This document shows positions 10,507 to 19,309 of a stretch of DNA of 64,000 nucleotides, in pieces; within the stretch, counting starts at the first letter, position 1; every line of letters starts with the position of its first letter. This stretch comes from Patescibacteria group bacterium (lineage in GTDB: Bacteria > Patescibacteriota > Patescibacteriia > GWA2-46-9), in NCBI GenBank assembly GCA_041660005.1, contig JBAZXG010000003.1, forward strand, positions 64,835-128,834. The letters are read 5' to 3'. The notes below the pieces were generated by a model. It was not told the origin of the DNA and ran no database searches. It was given only the letters and a program-made list of their open reading frames with translations. The position numbers and the translations under genes are program-made.

Positions 10507-11492
10507 CGGTAACTGTAGCAATTGTCACGAGAAATGGTGCAGCTTATTTGCCAAAGTTGCTGCAAAGTCTTGATGAACAAACTTTTCATGATTTCGAAAC
10601 TTCTTTCTTGGATAACGCCTCAACTGACGCATCGGTAGAAATAGTGAAGGAGTGGTTAAATAATCATCAAGGATTTCTGACAGAGGAGAGGGAGAATACT
10701 GGTTTTGCCAGCGCTTACAATAAGTTAATTCAAGATGTTACGACACCGTACATATTGGTATTAAATCAGGATGTCGTTCTTGATAAGGAATATCTTTCAA
10801 GACTCGTATCACAAGCGGTTATTGATAAGCAGGTAGGGGTATTCTCCGGTATACTTTTGCGGTTTAACATGACGAGTACTCGGCCCATTTTTACGCAGGT
10901 CATTGACGCCTTCGGTTTAAAGTTGTTTAGAACACATCGCGCCGTTGAATGGTTGCGCGGTCAAGACGTAACTGTCGCACCGAAGATCTCAATGCCTGTT
11001 TTTGGGGTGCCCGCTACTGCTGCGTTGTACAGAATGGATGCGTTAAAGAGTGTAGCAATTCAGCGATCCCATAAAACGTTATATTTTGATGATTTGTTTT
11101 TTGCTTATAAAGAAGACGTTGATATTGCCTATCGTTTGCAGTTGAAAGGGTGGGGTAGTGTAGTGGTGCCTCAGGCGGTGGCTTATCATTACCGGACGGT
11201 GAGAGGCGAGGTAGACTCAGGTTCGCTCTTTAACAGTGTTACGAAAAGCGCTAAGGTGCGGCAGGAACGCTCTGAGTTTAACAAGTACCAGTCTTACCGT
11301 AATCACTTGTTTTTTCTGTTTGGTACAGTAAAAGTGTCATTCTTTTCCCTATCTTTTTGGCTTACGCTCATATACGAAGTTGGGAAATGCGCCTATCTTA
11401 TATTTACATCATCGTCGCATTTACGCGCCTGGAAAGAGGTTTACCAAGTAAGGCGTGAACTTCGAGAAAAAAGACTTCAGGTGCAAGGATAA
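10503..11492 (+). CDS. Glycosyltransferase family 2
   Basis: The N-terminus VAIVTRNGAAYLPKLLQSLDEQTF...DNASTD is typical GT2. The start overlaps the upstream stop. Confidence 0.75.
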   Translation: MTVTVAIVTRNGAAYLPKLLQSLDEQTFHDFETSFLDNASTDASVEIVKEWLNNHQGFLTEERENTGFASAYNKLIQDVTTPYILVLNQDVVLDKEYLSRLVSQAVIDKQVGVFSGILLRFNMTSTRPIFTQVIDAFGLKLFRTHRAVEWLRGQDVTVAPKISMPVFGVPATAALYRMDALKSVAIQRSHKTLYFDDLFFAYKEDVDIAYRLQLKGWGSVVVPQAVAYHYRTVRGEVDSGSLFNSVTKSAKVRQERSEFNKYQSYRNHLFFLFGTVKVSFFSLSFWLTLIYEVGKCAYLIFTSSSHLRAWKEVYQVRRELREKRLQVQG

Positions 11493-11515
11493 AATAGTTT
11501 AATATTGAGAGTAAT

Positions 11516-12334
11516 ATGGTGGATACAATAGCTACAAGTTTATCAATTGTCATCGTGAACTATAAGACGCGCGGTCTACTGCGGCAGTTACTTTTAAGTA
11601 TTCGCAAGTTTCCACCGTCGGTACCCTATGAAGTGATTGTGGTGGACAATCATTCAATGGACGGAAGCATAGAAATGCTCCAGAGTGACTTTCCTGAAAT
11701 CGAGACTTTAGCGCTTAAGAGTAACTTAGGGTATAGCAAAGGCACGAACAAGGGTGTCGAGAGAGCGAAGTCGTCGTTTGTTCTTTTGGTAAACACGGAT
11801 ATCGTTTTTGATGGCAAAATTATCGATGGGTTAGTGCATTATTTTACACGTCACGAAGAAGTGGGCGCTGTCTCACCGCGGTTGCATAACGCTGATGGTA
11901 CACTGCAACATTCTGCGTTTCGATTTTATCATTTTATGACGCCGCTTTACCGCCGTAGTTTTCTTGCCAATACCAAAAAAGGTAAAGCCGAAATTAATAG
12001 ATTTCTTATGCTGGATTGGGATCATTCCTCGACGCGGCCGGTAGACTGGCTCATGTCGAGCTGCCTACTCATCCGTAAAAAAGCGTTCGACGAAATTCGT
12101 GGCTTTGACGAGAGATTTTTTGTTTACCTATCCGACACTGATTTTTGTCGTCGTCTGTGGTTAAAGAATTGGCAGGTGCATTATGTGGCTGACTTAGTCT
12201 TGGTTCATTATCATCGTCGAGAGTCAGCCGAGCGATTTCAGGTTAGTCTCATTCATGCGAAGGATTTTGCCGCATATTTTTTGAAATGGTCAGGAAAACC
12301 TTTGCCGCAGTATAAAATGGATCGATTGTCATAA
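11516..12334 (+). CDS. Glycosyltransferase family 2
   Basis: SIVIVNYKTRGLLRQLL...VVDNHSMDGS...NLGYSKGTN is a typical GT2 (rhamnosyltransferase-like) pattern. Confidence 0.75.
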   Translation: MVDTIATSLSIVIVNYKTRGLLRQLLLSIRKFPPSVPYEVIVVDNHSMDGSIEMLQSDFPEIETLALKSNLGYSKGTNKGVERAKSSFVLLVNTDIVFDGKIIDGLVHYFTRHEEVGAVSPRLHNADGTLQHSAFRFYHFMTPLYRRSFLANTKKGKAEINRFLMLDWDHSSTRPVDWLMSSCLLIRKKAFDEIRGFDERFFVYLSDTDFCRRLWLKNWQVHYVADLVLVHYHRRESAERFQVSLIHAKDFAAYFLKWSGKPLPQYKMDRLS

Positions 12335-12378
12335 CCCTTGCCAGTAGGGCTAGACCTTGGGTATACTGTAGTACCTTT

Positions 12379-13386
12379 ATGATTTTCAAAAAGATAGCTA
12401 TTGACCTTGGTACAACGAATACTTTAGTTCATTTACCAAAGCGGGGCATTGTCATCAACGAACCTTCGGTCGTGGCTATTTCTATTGTGGACAAAAAAAT
12501 TCTGGCCGTTGGCAACGAGGCAAAAGAAATGCTTGGCCGAACACCAGACACCATTACGGCGTTGCGGCCACTCAAAGAGGGAGTTATTGCCGACTATCGA
12601 ACAACTGAAGCCATGCTTCGCTATTTTATCAATAAGGCGCTTGGTGGTGTGCGTTTCTTTCGACCGGAGGTTATGGTGGCTGTGCCGGCGGGTATCACCG
12701 CGACCGAACGTAGAGCAGTTATTGATGCTTGTATGGCTGCAGGTGCCAAAGCTGCATTTATCATTAAGGAGCCCATCGCAGCCGCCATTGGTGCGAATAT
12801 TCCAATTGGTTCCGCTTCGGGTCATATGATTATTGATATTGGTGGTGGCACTTCTGAGATGGCAGTCATTTCACTTGGTGGCATTGTTGCGAGCACGTCG
12901 GTGCGTATTGGTGGTACAAAATTCGATGCCGCCATTTCCGAGTACATTCGTAAAAAATATAACTTAGCAATAGGGGAACGTACCGCTGAAGATATTAAAG
13001 TCGAAATTGGCTCAGCTCTGTATCTTGAAGATAAACTGCACATGGATGTGCGCGGTCGCGACATGGTGACTGGTTTACCGCAGACGGTGACCGTTACGTC
13101 AGACGACATTACGGAAGCTATTCAGGCAGAGTTGGAGGGTATCATTGAAGCAGCAAAATCAGTGTTACAAAACACACCGCCAGAGTTGTCAGCTGACGTC
13201 ATTGATAAAGGTATGGTGCTTTCTGGTGGAAGCTCGCTTCTGCGTAATATCGATCAACTACTAAGTCGGGCAACTGGTGTGCCCGCCTATGTAGCGGACG
13301 ACGCCTTGCTTTGTGTCGCTCGGGGTACGGGTATTGCTCTTGAAAATCTTGATGCCTACAAACGAAGTATTTTGGCGACTCATTAA
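12379..13386 (+). CDS. mreB: Rod shape-determining protein MreB
   Basis: IAIDLGTTNT...VINEPSVVA...DIGGGTSE...GIVLSGGSSLL are actin-like ATPase motifs. The 335-aa length is full. Confidence 0.92.
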   Translation: MIFKKIAIDLGTTNTLVHLPKRGIVINEPSVVAISIVDKKILAVGNEAKEMLGRTPDTITALRPLKEGVIADYRTTEAMLRYFINKALGGVRFFRPEVMVAVPAGITATERRAVIDACMAAGAKAAFIIKEPIAAAIGANIPIGSASGHMIIDIGGGTSEMAVISLGGIVASTSVRIGGTKFDAAISEYIRKKYNLAIGERTAEDIKVEIGSALYLEDKLHMDVRGRDMVTGLPQTVTVTSDDITEAIQAELEGIIEAAKSVLQNTPPELSADVIDKGMVLSGGSSLLRNIDQLLSRATGVPAYVADDALLCVARGTGIALENLDAYKRSILATH

Positions 13387-13389
13387 GAG

Positions 13390-13418
13390 TTGACAGGAGT
13401 TGTCTGATTAGGTAAAAT
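13390..13418 (+). promoter_or_regulatory. Sigma70-like promoter upstream of rplU
   Basis: TTGACA (13390-13395), a 17-nt spacer, then TAAAAT (13413-13418), 28 nt upstream of the rplU ATG. Confidence 0.4.
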
Positions 13419-13445
13419 CTTCTAACTTATTCTTTTTCTGATTCT

Positions 13446-13760
13446 ATGCAGGCGGTAATTAAAACAGGCGGAAAACAATACCTTGTCGCTGAAGGTCAAC
13501 GTCTCAGCATCGAGAAAATCGATGGAGAGGTTGGTGCAGTAATTAATTTTGACGAAGTACTATTGGTTGCCGATGGGGACAAAGTGGTTATTGGCACTCC
13601 TAAGGTTTCAAAGGCAAAAGTGTCGGCAAAGGTTGAAACTCAAGGAAGATCGCGAACAATTGATGTCATTAAGTATAAGGCGAAGGTGCGTTATCGCCGA
13701 AAAATTGGGCATCGGCAGCATTTCACAAAAGTGCTTATCAACAAAATTATGACCTCATAA
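13446..13760 (+). CDS. rplU: 50S ribosomal protein L21
   Basis: MQAVIKTGGKQYLVAEGQRL...GHRQHFTKV is the canonical L21 pattern; 104 aa. Confidence 0.92.
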   Translation: MQAVIKTGGKQYLVAEGQRLSIEKIDGEVGAVINFDEVLLVADGDKVVIGTPKVSKAKVSAKVETQGRSRTIDVIKYKAKVRYRRKIGHRQHFTKVLINKIMTS

Positions 13761-13777
13761 CGAGGTCATAATTTTTT
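13743..13777. terminator. Bidirectional hairpin terminator shared by convergent rplU and recR
   Basis: A 14-bp perfect stem AAAATTATGACCTC / GAGGTCATAATTTT with loop ATAAC. A/T runs flank both sides, and the stem overlaps both stop codons. Confidence 0.55.
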
Positions 13778-14371
13778 GGTATTTTTTCTTTCGGTAATCG
13801 CAGCGCCTAGAGTCACTTCGTCGGCGTACTCAAGCCGATAGCCCGCGGGCAAGCCGCGAGCAGGCTTCGTGATAGGAATGCCGTACTTTCGCAATTCTTC
13901 GACTAAGTAGGAAGCAGTCGCCTCGCCATTGGTGTCTGCATCGAACACTAAAATAACTTCCTTAACGGTTTTGTCCTCTAGGCGACGATGCAGAGACGAA
14001 ATTGAAAGCTGATTAGGGGTAATGCCGTCTATGGGGTTTAAAACACCGCCAAGGACAAAATAGAGCCCATGGTAGATGCCTGTGTCCTCGATGGCGTTGA
14101 GTGTCCTGTCGTCAGCCACAATGCAAAGTAATCCCTGCTCGCGAGAGGTAGTCGAGCAGATGACGCAAGGATTTTTTTCGCTAAACGAGTTGCACCTTTG
14201 GCAGCGAATGAGGTTTTGATGCAGACCAAGAATGGCCTCGGCCAGAATTGCAGCATCTTTTGCATTGCCGTGTATGAGCGAGTAAGCAAAGCGTATGGCT
14301 GTGCGGCGACCAATACCGGGCAGTATTAAGAAAGCATCAATCAACCGCTGTACTGGCTGCGGGTAGCGCAT
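13766..14371 (-). CDS. recR: Recombination protein RecR
   Basis: LPGIGRRTAIRFA helix-hairpin-helix, a C-x2-C...C-x2-C zinc finger (CQRCNSFSEKNPCVIC) and a Toprim region; 201 aa. Confidence 0.9.
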   Translation of the reverse strand: MRYPQPVQRLIDAFLILPGIGRRTAIRFAYSLIHGNAKDAAILAEAILGLHQNLIRCQRCNSFSEKNPCVICSTTSREQGLLCIVADDRTLNAIEDTGIYHGLYFVLGGVLNPIDGITPNQLSISSLHRRLEDKTVKEVILVFDADTNGEATASYLVEELRKYGIPITKPARGLPAGYRLEYADEVTLGAAITERKNTKKL

Positions 14372-14373
14372 GT

Positions 14374-15771
14374 TTAGAATGTTGGGCCGGCGGTTTGCTC
14401 TCGGCGTTCGAGGTTTTGGAAACTAACGCGACCTTCGTCAAAGTAAAGTTCGATTTTACCCGTTGGGCCATTGCGGTGTTTTTCGATGTGAATTTCGGCA
14501 ATGTTTTTTTCTTCAAGGGACAGGTCTCGAATACTCTTATCCATTGATTTTCTGTAGATAAACATGACCACGTCTGCGTCTTGTTCGATGGCGCCAGAGT
14601 CGCGAAGATCGGCAAGTTTAGGAATAGCCGGACTACGCGCTTCAACGGCACGCGACAGCTGCGACAGCGCTAGTACAGGAATTTGCAGTTCACGAGCTAA
14701 GCCCTTGAGGGCACGGCTAATTTCTGAAATTTCTTGAACACGACTCTCTGCTTTGCCGCGTCCTTCCATAAGCTGCAGGTAGTCAATAATGAGGAGGCCA
14801 AGTCCTTTCTCCATCTGTAGTCGGCGAGCACGCGCGCGAATATCCATGACGTTGGCGCTCGCCGCGTCATCAATATAAATTGGCGCTTCGGCAAGTACGC
14901 CCATGGCTTGCCCAATGCGAGTGAAGTCATCATTTTCGCCTTTGTCAGTAAGACGCCCAGTGCGCATTTTCCAGAGGTCAACGCCGGCCTCAGCGCAAAG
15001 AATTCTGTCGACGAGTTGCTCTTTGGACATTTCAAGACTAAAAATACCAACGGGAATTTTACCCCGCACTGCAATGTGCCTTGCTAAGTCAAGAGCGAAC
15101 GAAGTTTTACCCATGGACGGGCGAGCTGCCAAAATAATTAAATCTGATTTTTGGAACCCAGCTAGCGTGTGGTCAAGATCCTTATAGCCCGTTGGGATAC
15201 CACGTAATTTGCCACCTTGGCGGTGGAGTTCATCAATACGATCGAACGCTTCAGTGAGCAAAGACTTCATGGGACGGAAGAGGTGCTGCATGTAGCGCTG
15301 TGTCACCGACATCAATTTTTGCTCTGCTTTGTCGAGCGCTACATCAATCTCTTCATCTTCTTCAAACCCCAGGCCAGTAATTTCTATGCCGGCTTCAATG
15401 AGGCGTCGCAGTGTAGCTTTGCGCTGCACGATTTTTGCATAGTGGCTGACGTTTGAAGCTGAAGGTACGTTATTAGAAAGACTTGCTAGGTAAGAACGAC
15501 CGCCAATTTTTTCAAGTTGGTTCCTTCCTTCGAGCTTTGACGAGACACTGAGTACGTCAATCGGCTCATGTTTTGCAAACAGGTCCTGCATGGCCTCAAA
15601 GATAAGGCCATGAATTTCGCGATAAAAGTCAGCCGGCGCCACCATATCTGTCACCTGGACAATGGCATCTTTGCTGAGTAAAACAGCACCCAAAAGTGAC
15701 TGCTCGGCTTCTAGGCTTTGTGGTGGTATTTTTGAGGAATCTTCACCTTGTGTTTTTGCCATAAAGGTCAT
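14374..15771 (-). CDS. dnaB: Replicative DNA helicase DnaB
   Basis: PPQSLEAEQSLLGAVLL N-terminus, Walker A ARPSMGKTSFAL, Walker B LLIIDYLQLM. The ORF-track start at 15915 runs through tRNA-Lys, so the ATG at 15771 is used (15762 is also possible). Confidence 0.9.
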   Translation of the reverse strand: MTFMAKTQGEDSSKIPPQSLEAEQSLLGAVLLSKDAIVQVTDMVAPADFYREIHGLIFEAMQDLFAKHEPIDVLSVSSKLEGRNQLEKIGGRSYLASLSNNVPSASNVSHYAKIVQRKATLRRLIEAGIEITGLGFEEDEEIDVALDKAEQKLMSVTQRYMQHLFRPMKSLLTEAFDRIDELHRQGGKLRGIPTGYKDLDHTLAGFQKSDLIILAARPSMGKTSFALDLARHIAVRGKIPVGIFSLEMSKEQLVDRILCAEAGVDLWKMRTGRLTDKGENDDFTRIGQAMGVLAEAPIYIDDAASANVMDIRARARRLQMEKGLGLLIIDYLQLMEGRGKAESRVQEISEISRALKGLARELQIPVLALSQLSRAVEARSPAIPKLADLRDSGAIEQDADVVMFIYRKSMDKSIRDLSLEEKNIAEIHIEKHRNGPTGKIELYFDEGRVSFQNLERREQTAGPTF

Positions 15772-15842
15772 TACACTGTAGCGCCAACTCCGTATACGTT
15801 CAAGTTGCGGAATTGGGTATCTTTCAATATACTGCAGTCCAT

Positions 15843-15914
15843 GCCCCGGTAGCTCAGTGGTAGAGCAGTGGCCTTTTAAGCCAATGGTCGCAAGTTCGAT
15901 CCTTGCCCGGGGCA
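15843..15914 (+). tRNA. tRNA-Lys (anticodon UUU)
   Basis: Manual cloverleaf: acceptor GCCCCGG/CCGGGGC, D arm GCTC-AGTGGTA-GAGC, anticodon loop CTTTTAA, T arm GCAAG-TTCGATC-CTTGC. No CCA is encoded. Confidence 0.92.
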
Positions 15915-15924
15915 AAAAAACTTT

Positions 15925-15949
15925 AAGGAAAACCGCCTGGGTTTTCCTT
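15925..15949 (+). terminator. Hairpin downstream of tRNA-Lys
   Basis: 9-bp stem AAGGAAAAC / GTTTTCCTT with loop CGCCTGG. The downstream T-tract is weak. Confidence 0.4.
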
Positions 15950-16120
15950 AATATTCCTTTCCCTCCTTAGAGGACGTTCGAATTTTTCTTCGCTTCCACA
16001 ACTGTCATAGCCAGATTGTGGTTCTCGAAAAATTCTCACTCAGCAGTAGACCTTTCGATACAACTTCATGCCTGTCCGCCTTTGGCGGAGCTTTCTAGAA
16101 TAACTCTTTCCCTTGCCATT

Positions 16121-16924
16121 ATGAATCAAAAGAAATTTATCATAACAGTGTTCGCTGTCTGTGCAATAATTGTCATTGGAGCAGTTGGGTATGTTGTTGT
16201 AAATACGCGAGTAGCTGCGCCAACTTCCAATACAGTATTTACTCCAACACCAGTTTCTACGCCAACTCCGACGACAGGGGAATCTTCAAACTTACTCACG
16301 GCACCATTGGCTGGTGGTGAAGTTAACACAAGTGGGTACCGGTATGAGTTTGCACATAAGCAGGATCCGCCTGGGAATACGTTGAATGACCACTTGGTTT
16401 TTGTATCACCATCTGGAGAGAAAACCGTTGTTCCTGATAGCATCTGGTTTCAAATTTATGCAGCAACTGCTTTTGATAAAACCGAAAAGCAGGGTGGTCA
16501 AAACTTAACAAGTTTTTATATGCCCGTTCACCCCACAAACAAGGATATAATTTTTCTATCAACAGAAGAACCTTTAGTTGAAACATTTTCAAGAATAACA
16601 AATAGGATTTACTCTTATAATCTGAAAACTTCTGAGCTGAAAGAGGTTTATTCTGAAACCGTTGAAAATAATTCTCCAATGAATCCGCATAGTGCTAGAA
16701 TTTTGAGAACTGTAGGTACTGATGGTTCTAAGGTTCTTGTGCTTTATGATGATTATGAGAATTCTCCCGGACCTTGCACAAAAATTTGGTACCACTACAA
16801 AGACCGAGTGGCATATCTCGAACTCGCTGATGTGCAAGGGGGATTAAAGTCGTACACTGTACCTTCATACAAAGTTGAAGAAGGTCGAGTCGACTCTGAC
16901 AAGTGCTTACAAGAACTTCAGTAA
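16121..16924 (+). CDS. Hypothetical membrane-anchored or secreted protein
   Basis: ORF 16016..16924. The internal ATG at 16121 gives MNQKKFIITVFAVCAIIVIGAVGYVVV (signal anchor) followed by a T/P-rich linker. No family recognised. Confidence 0.45.
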   Translation: MNQKKFIITVFAVCAIIVIGAVGYVVVNTRVAAPTSNTVFTPTPVSTPTPTTGESSNLLTAPLAGGEVNTSGYRYEFAHKQDPPGNTLNDHLVFVSPSGEKTVVPDSIWFQIYAATAFDKTEKQGGQNLTSFYMPVHPTNKDIIFLSTEEPLVETFSRITNRIYSYNLKTSELKEVYSETVENNSPMNPHSARILRTVGTDGSKVLVLYDDYENSPGPCTKIWYHYKDRVAYLELADVQGGLKSYTVPSYKVEEGRVDSDKCLQELQ

Positions 16925-17009
16925 GTGTTGAGGAAGAAAAAATCAATAGCGGGAACTTTGAATTACGTTGACGAAAGCAGTAAATTTTGGTACTCTCGAA
17001 GTAATATTT

Positions 17010-17414
17010 ATGCGTCGATACATTGCAGGTCTCACAATCATCATGCTTCTGGCACTTAGTGTCGGCTATACAGTTATGCCAATGGATATGGATGACATGG
17101 TTATGGATAAAATGGCTGCAACTGGTTCAGTGATTATGTCAGCCGTACACTGCTCAATGGACGGGTGCTTAACAGAAAGCTCTGCCACGGTACCCAGCGT
17201 GTCATGTTTGGAACATTGTTTGGCAGCGGGCAGCAAAGCGTTACCGAATAGTCTCCCTATGACGGAGCGTACTATTGGAATCAGTCTCATTTTTGGTTTA
17301 GCTGCAGCTTTTGCTTTTGTAAAACCACGAACCAAGAAGTTGCAGCAGCGCCTTCTTGCTTTTCAAGAACTATTTCGTTTGCAACAATTGTCGACCGTTG
17401 TACTGCGCGACTAG
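17010..17414 (+). CDS. Small membrane protein with Met-rich and Cys/His-rich segments (possible metal-binding accessory protein)
   Basis: ORF 16968..17414 with an ATG at 17010. It has an N-terminal TM helix, MPMDMDDMVMDKM, then HCSMDGC...SCLEHC and a second TM helix. It lies directly upstream of the copper locus. Confidence 0.4.
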   Translation: MRRYIAGLTIIMLLALSVGYTVMPMDMDDMVMDKMAATGSVIMSAVHCSMDGCLTESSATVPSVSCLEHCLAAGSKALPNSLPMTERTIGISLIFGLAAAFAFVKPRTKKLQQRLLAFQELFRLQQLSTVVLRD

Positions 17415-17477
17415 CGATATCACGGACTAGCTAGGCTTTTGTATTAAGGCCTGGATTTATTTACTGTGATTTATGCT

Positions 17478-19085
17478 ATGCGCATATTAAAGTTTAACGT
17501 TACAAATCTTCATAAGGACAACGCAGCATCGTTTGAGACTGCGTCTCTTGCGCACCCTGGGGTTAAGCAAGTGGAGACCTGGCAGGGGCGTGCTGAGATT
17601 AAAGTTGATGATTCTGCAAATCAGTCCGCTCTCATAAATGAGCTCAAAGCAAACGGTTTTGAGTTGGTGGTCAGAGAGCAGGTGGACAAACCAACGAGTG
17701 TAACTAAAGTGCATGTTGATGGTATGACGTGCAGAAGTTGCGAACTAACTATCGAGCGGAAGCTCATGAAATTACCTGGTGTGGCAAAGGTGGACGCCAA
17801 CGCGGGAAATGGAAAGGTACGTTTGTTCTGCTACGACGCCGCGCCGAACTTGAAAGTACTACAGAATGCTCTTGGTGATGAGAAATACACTGTGCGTCCG
17901 TTTGAAAGCAAGACTGCTCATCAGAAAAGTCAGCTCAGCAAGCAAAACGAGGGTAGGCCATCGTTTGGTAAACTAATTGTTTTGTTTGGCGGCGTTTTTG
18001 TTGTTGGGTGGTTCCTCTCTCGACTAGGGCTCTTCAGTTCTAATTATCAAATTGGAACGAGTGTCGGTTTCACTGCTGCTATTGTGTTGGGCCTTATTGC
18101 CGGCAGCTCGTCTTGCCTTGCGGTTGCTGGAGGGCTCTTACTCTCATCAGCTTCAAAGTTCCACGAACGGTATGGCAACCAGACATTTGTACATCGCATG
18201 CGCCCTGTTGGTCTCTTCATCACTGGTCGCATTCTTTCGTACGGAATGCTAGGAGGACTCATTGGATACCTCGGCAAATCGTTAACACCGTCGCCATTAA
18301 TAACGGGCGCACTCACCATACTCGCTGCGCTCTACATGTTGACGATGGGTCTCGACATGCTTCACTTAGCGCCACGCTGGCTAAAAGCATTGATGCCGAG
18401 AATGCCGAAATCAATCGGTCACAAAATTATGGATGCCGAAGGTAAAGATCACTGGGTTACCCCGTTTTTGCTGGGCGGCGCAACATTCTTTTTGCCGTGT
18501 GGCTTCACACAATCTCTGCAGCTCTACGCCCTAACTACCGGTAGCTTTACGAGCAGTGCCATAACCCTCGCTGCGTTTGCCTTAGGAACAGCTCCGGCAC
18601 TCTTTGCTCTCGGCTGGGCTTCGAGCTCACTCAAAGGCAAGTCCGGTCGATTATTCTTTCAGTTCGCTGGCGCAGTTGTCATTGTTCTTGGCCTCCTCAA
18701 CATTCAGAACGGGTTAGCAGTGAGTGGCTACTCTTTGTCACTGCCGAGCTTTGCCGTTAGTAGCCGAACTGCAACGGCAGGAAGCGTTGATGATAGCAAT
18801 GTCATTTTTGACGGCAAGACTTCGAACATCAAGATGCGGCTCACTGATTCTTCTCCATACTATTCGCCAAGCGATGAATTCACTGTTCGGGCAGGATACC
18901 CTGTGCACATACAAATTGACGGCTACGGTACAGGATGCCGGGCGGTGTTCCAAATTCCTCGTCTTAACGTTGAGACACTTCTAGATAAGCAAGTAAACAT
19001 CGTTGATTTTACTCCGACAAGGGCAGGCGACTATACGTTCAGCTGTTCCATGGGTATGTATCGCGGCACCTTACGTGTCATTTAA
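17478..19085 (+). CDS. Fusion protein: degenerate HMA-like repeat + HMA (GMTCRSC) + 6-TM DsbD_2/TauE-like domain + C-terminal cupredoxin-like domain
   Basis: ORF 17466..19085 (GTG at 17466 or ATG at 17478). It has the HMA motif VDGMTCRSCELTIE, TM helices with FFLPCGFTQS, and a C-terminus ...GTGCRAVF...YTFSCSMGMYRGTLRVI. Confidence 0.7.
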   Translation: MRILKFNVTNLHKDNAASFETASLAHPGVKQVETWQGRAEIKVDDSANQSALINELKANGFELVVREQVDKPTSVTKVHVDGMTCRSCELTIERKLMKLPGVAKVDANAGNGKVRLFCYDAAPNLKVLQNALGDEKYTVRPFESKTAHQKSQLSKQNEGRPSFGKLIVLFGGVFVVGWFLSRLGLFSSNYQIGTSVGFTAAIVLGLIAGSSSCLAVAGGLLLSSASKFHERYGNQTFVHRMRPVGLFITGRILSYGMLGGLIGYLGKSLTPSPLITGALTILAALYMLTMGLDMLHLAPRWLKALMPRMPKSIGHKIMDAEGKDHWVTPFLLGGATFFLPCGFTQSLQLYALTTGSFTSSAITLAAFALGTAPALFALGWASSSLKGKSGRLFFQFAGAVVIVLGLLNIQNGLAVSGYSLSLPSFAVSSRTATAGSVDDSNVIFDGKTSNIKMRLTDSSPYYSPSDEFTVRAGYPVHIQIDGYGTGCRAVFQIPRLNVETLLDKQVNIVDFTPTRAGDYTFSCSMGMYRGTLRVI

Positions 19086-19096
19086 CTAAGTAATAT

Positions 19097-19309
19097 ATGG
19101 CTACAACATCATTCAGTATCACTGGCATGCACTGTGAGTCATGCAAAGGTCTCATCGAAGACGTGGTAATGGACGTGCCGGGCGTTATGAGTTGCAGTGT
19201 CAATCAGGAGACGAATTCTGGTACAATAGAGCATAGTGAATCGTTTAATTTTGGTGACCTCGTGAAAGAGATTGAAGCACTGGGTCCTTACCGAATAGCA
19301 AAAATATGA
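19097..19309 (+). CDS. copZ: Copper chaperone CopZ-like HMA protein
   Basis: 70 aa with [14 protein letters not shown] (GMxCxxC). It is adjacent to and overlaps copA. Confidence 0.8.
   Translation: MATTSFSITGMHCESCKGLIEDVVMDVPGVMSCSVNQETNSGTIEHSESFNFGDLVKEIEALGPYRIAKI

Noticed and set aside
12433-12829. Long overlapping ORFs inside mreB (12433..12825 on the minus strand, 12449..12829 in +2), plus many similar nested ORFs listed inside clpB-like, copA, dnaB, lysS and purM.
   Set aside because: Each lies entirely within a gene that has clear family motifs in another frame. Their translations lack recognisable motifs and show composition typical of off-frame reading.
15772-15915. The six-frame track extends the dnaB ORF to 15915, giving an N-terminus MPRARIELATIGLKGHCSTTELPG.
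   Set aside because: That stretch is the reverse-complement translation of tRNA-Lys (15843-15914). The DnaB homology starts near MTFMAKTQ, so the start was moved to 15771.
16075-16089. The small hairpin TCCGCC-NNN-GGCGGA recurs at 16075-16089 and 29607-29621, with related GGCGG/CCGCC pairs elsewhere.
   Set aside because: It is too short (6-bp arms) and too GC-simple to separate from chance, and the copies share no flanking sequence.
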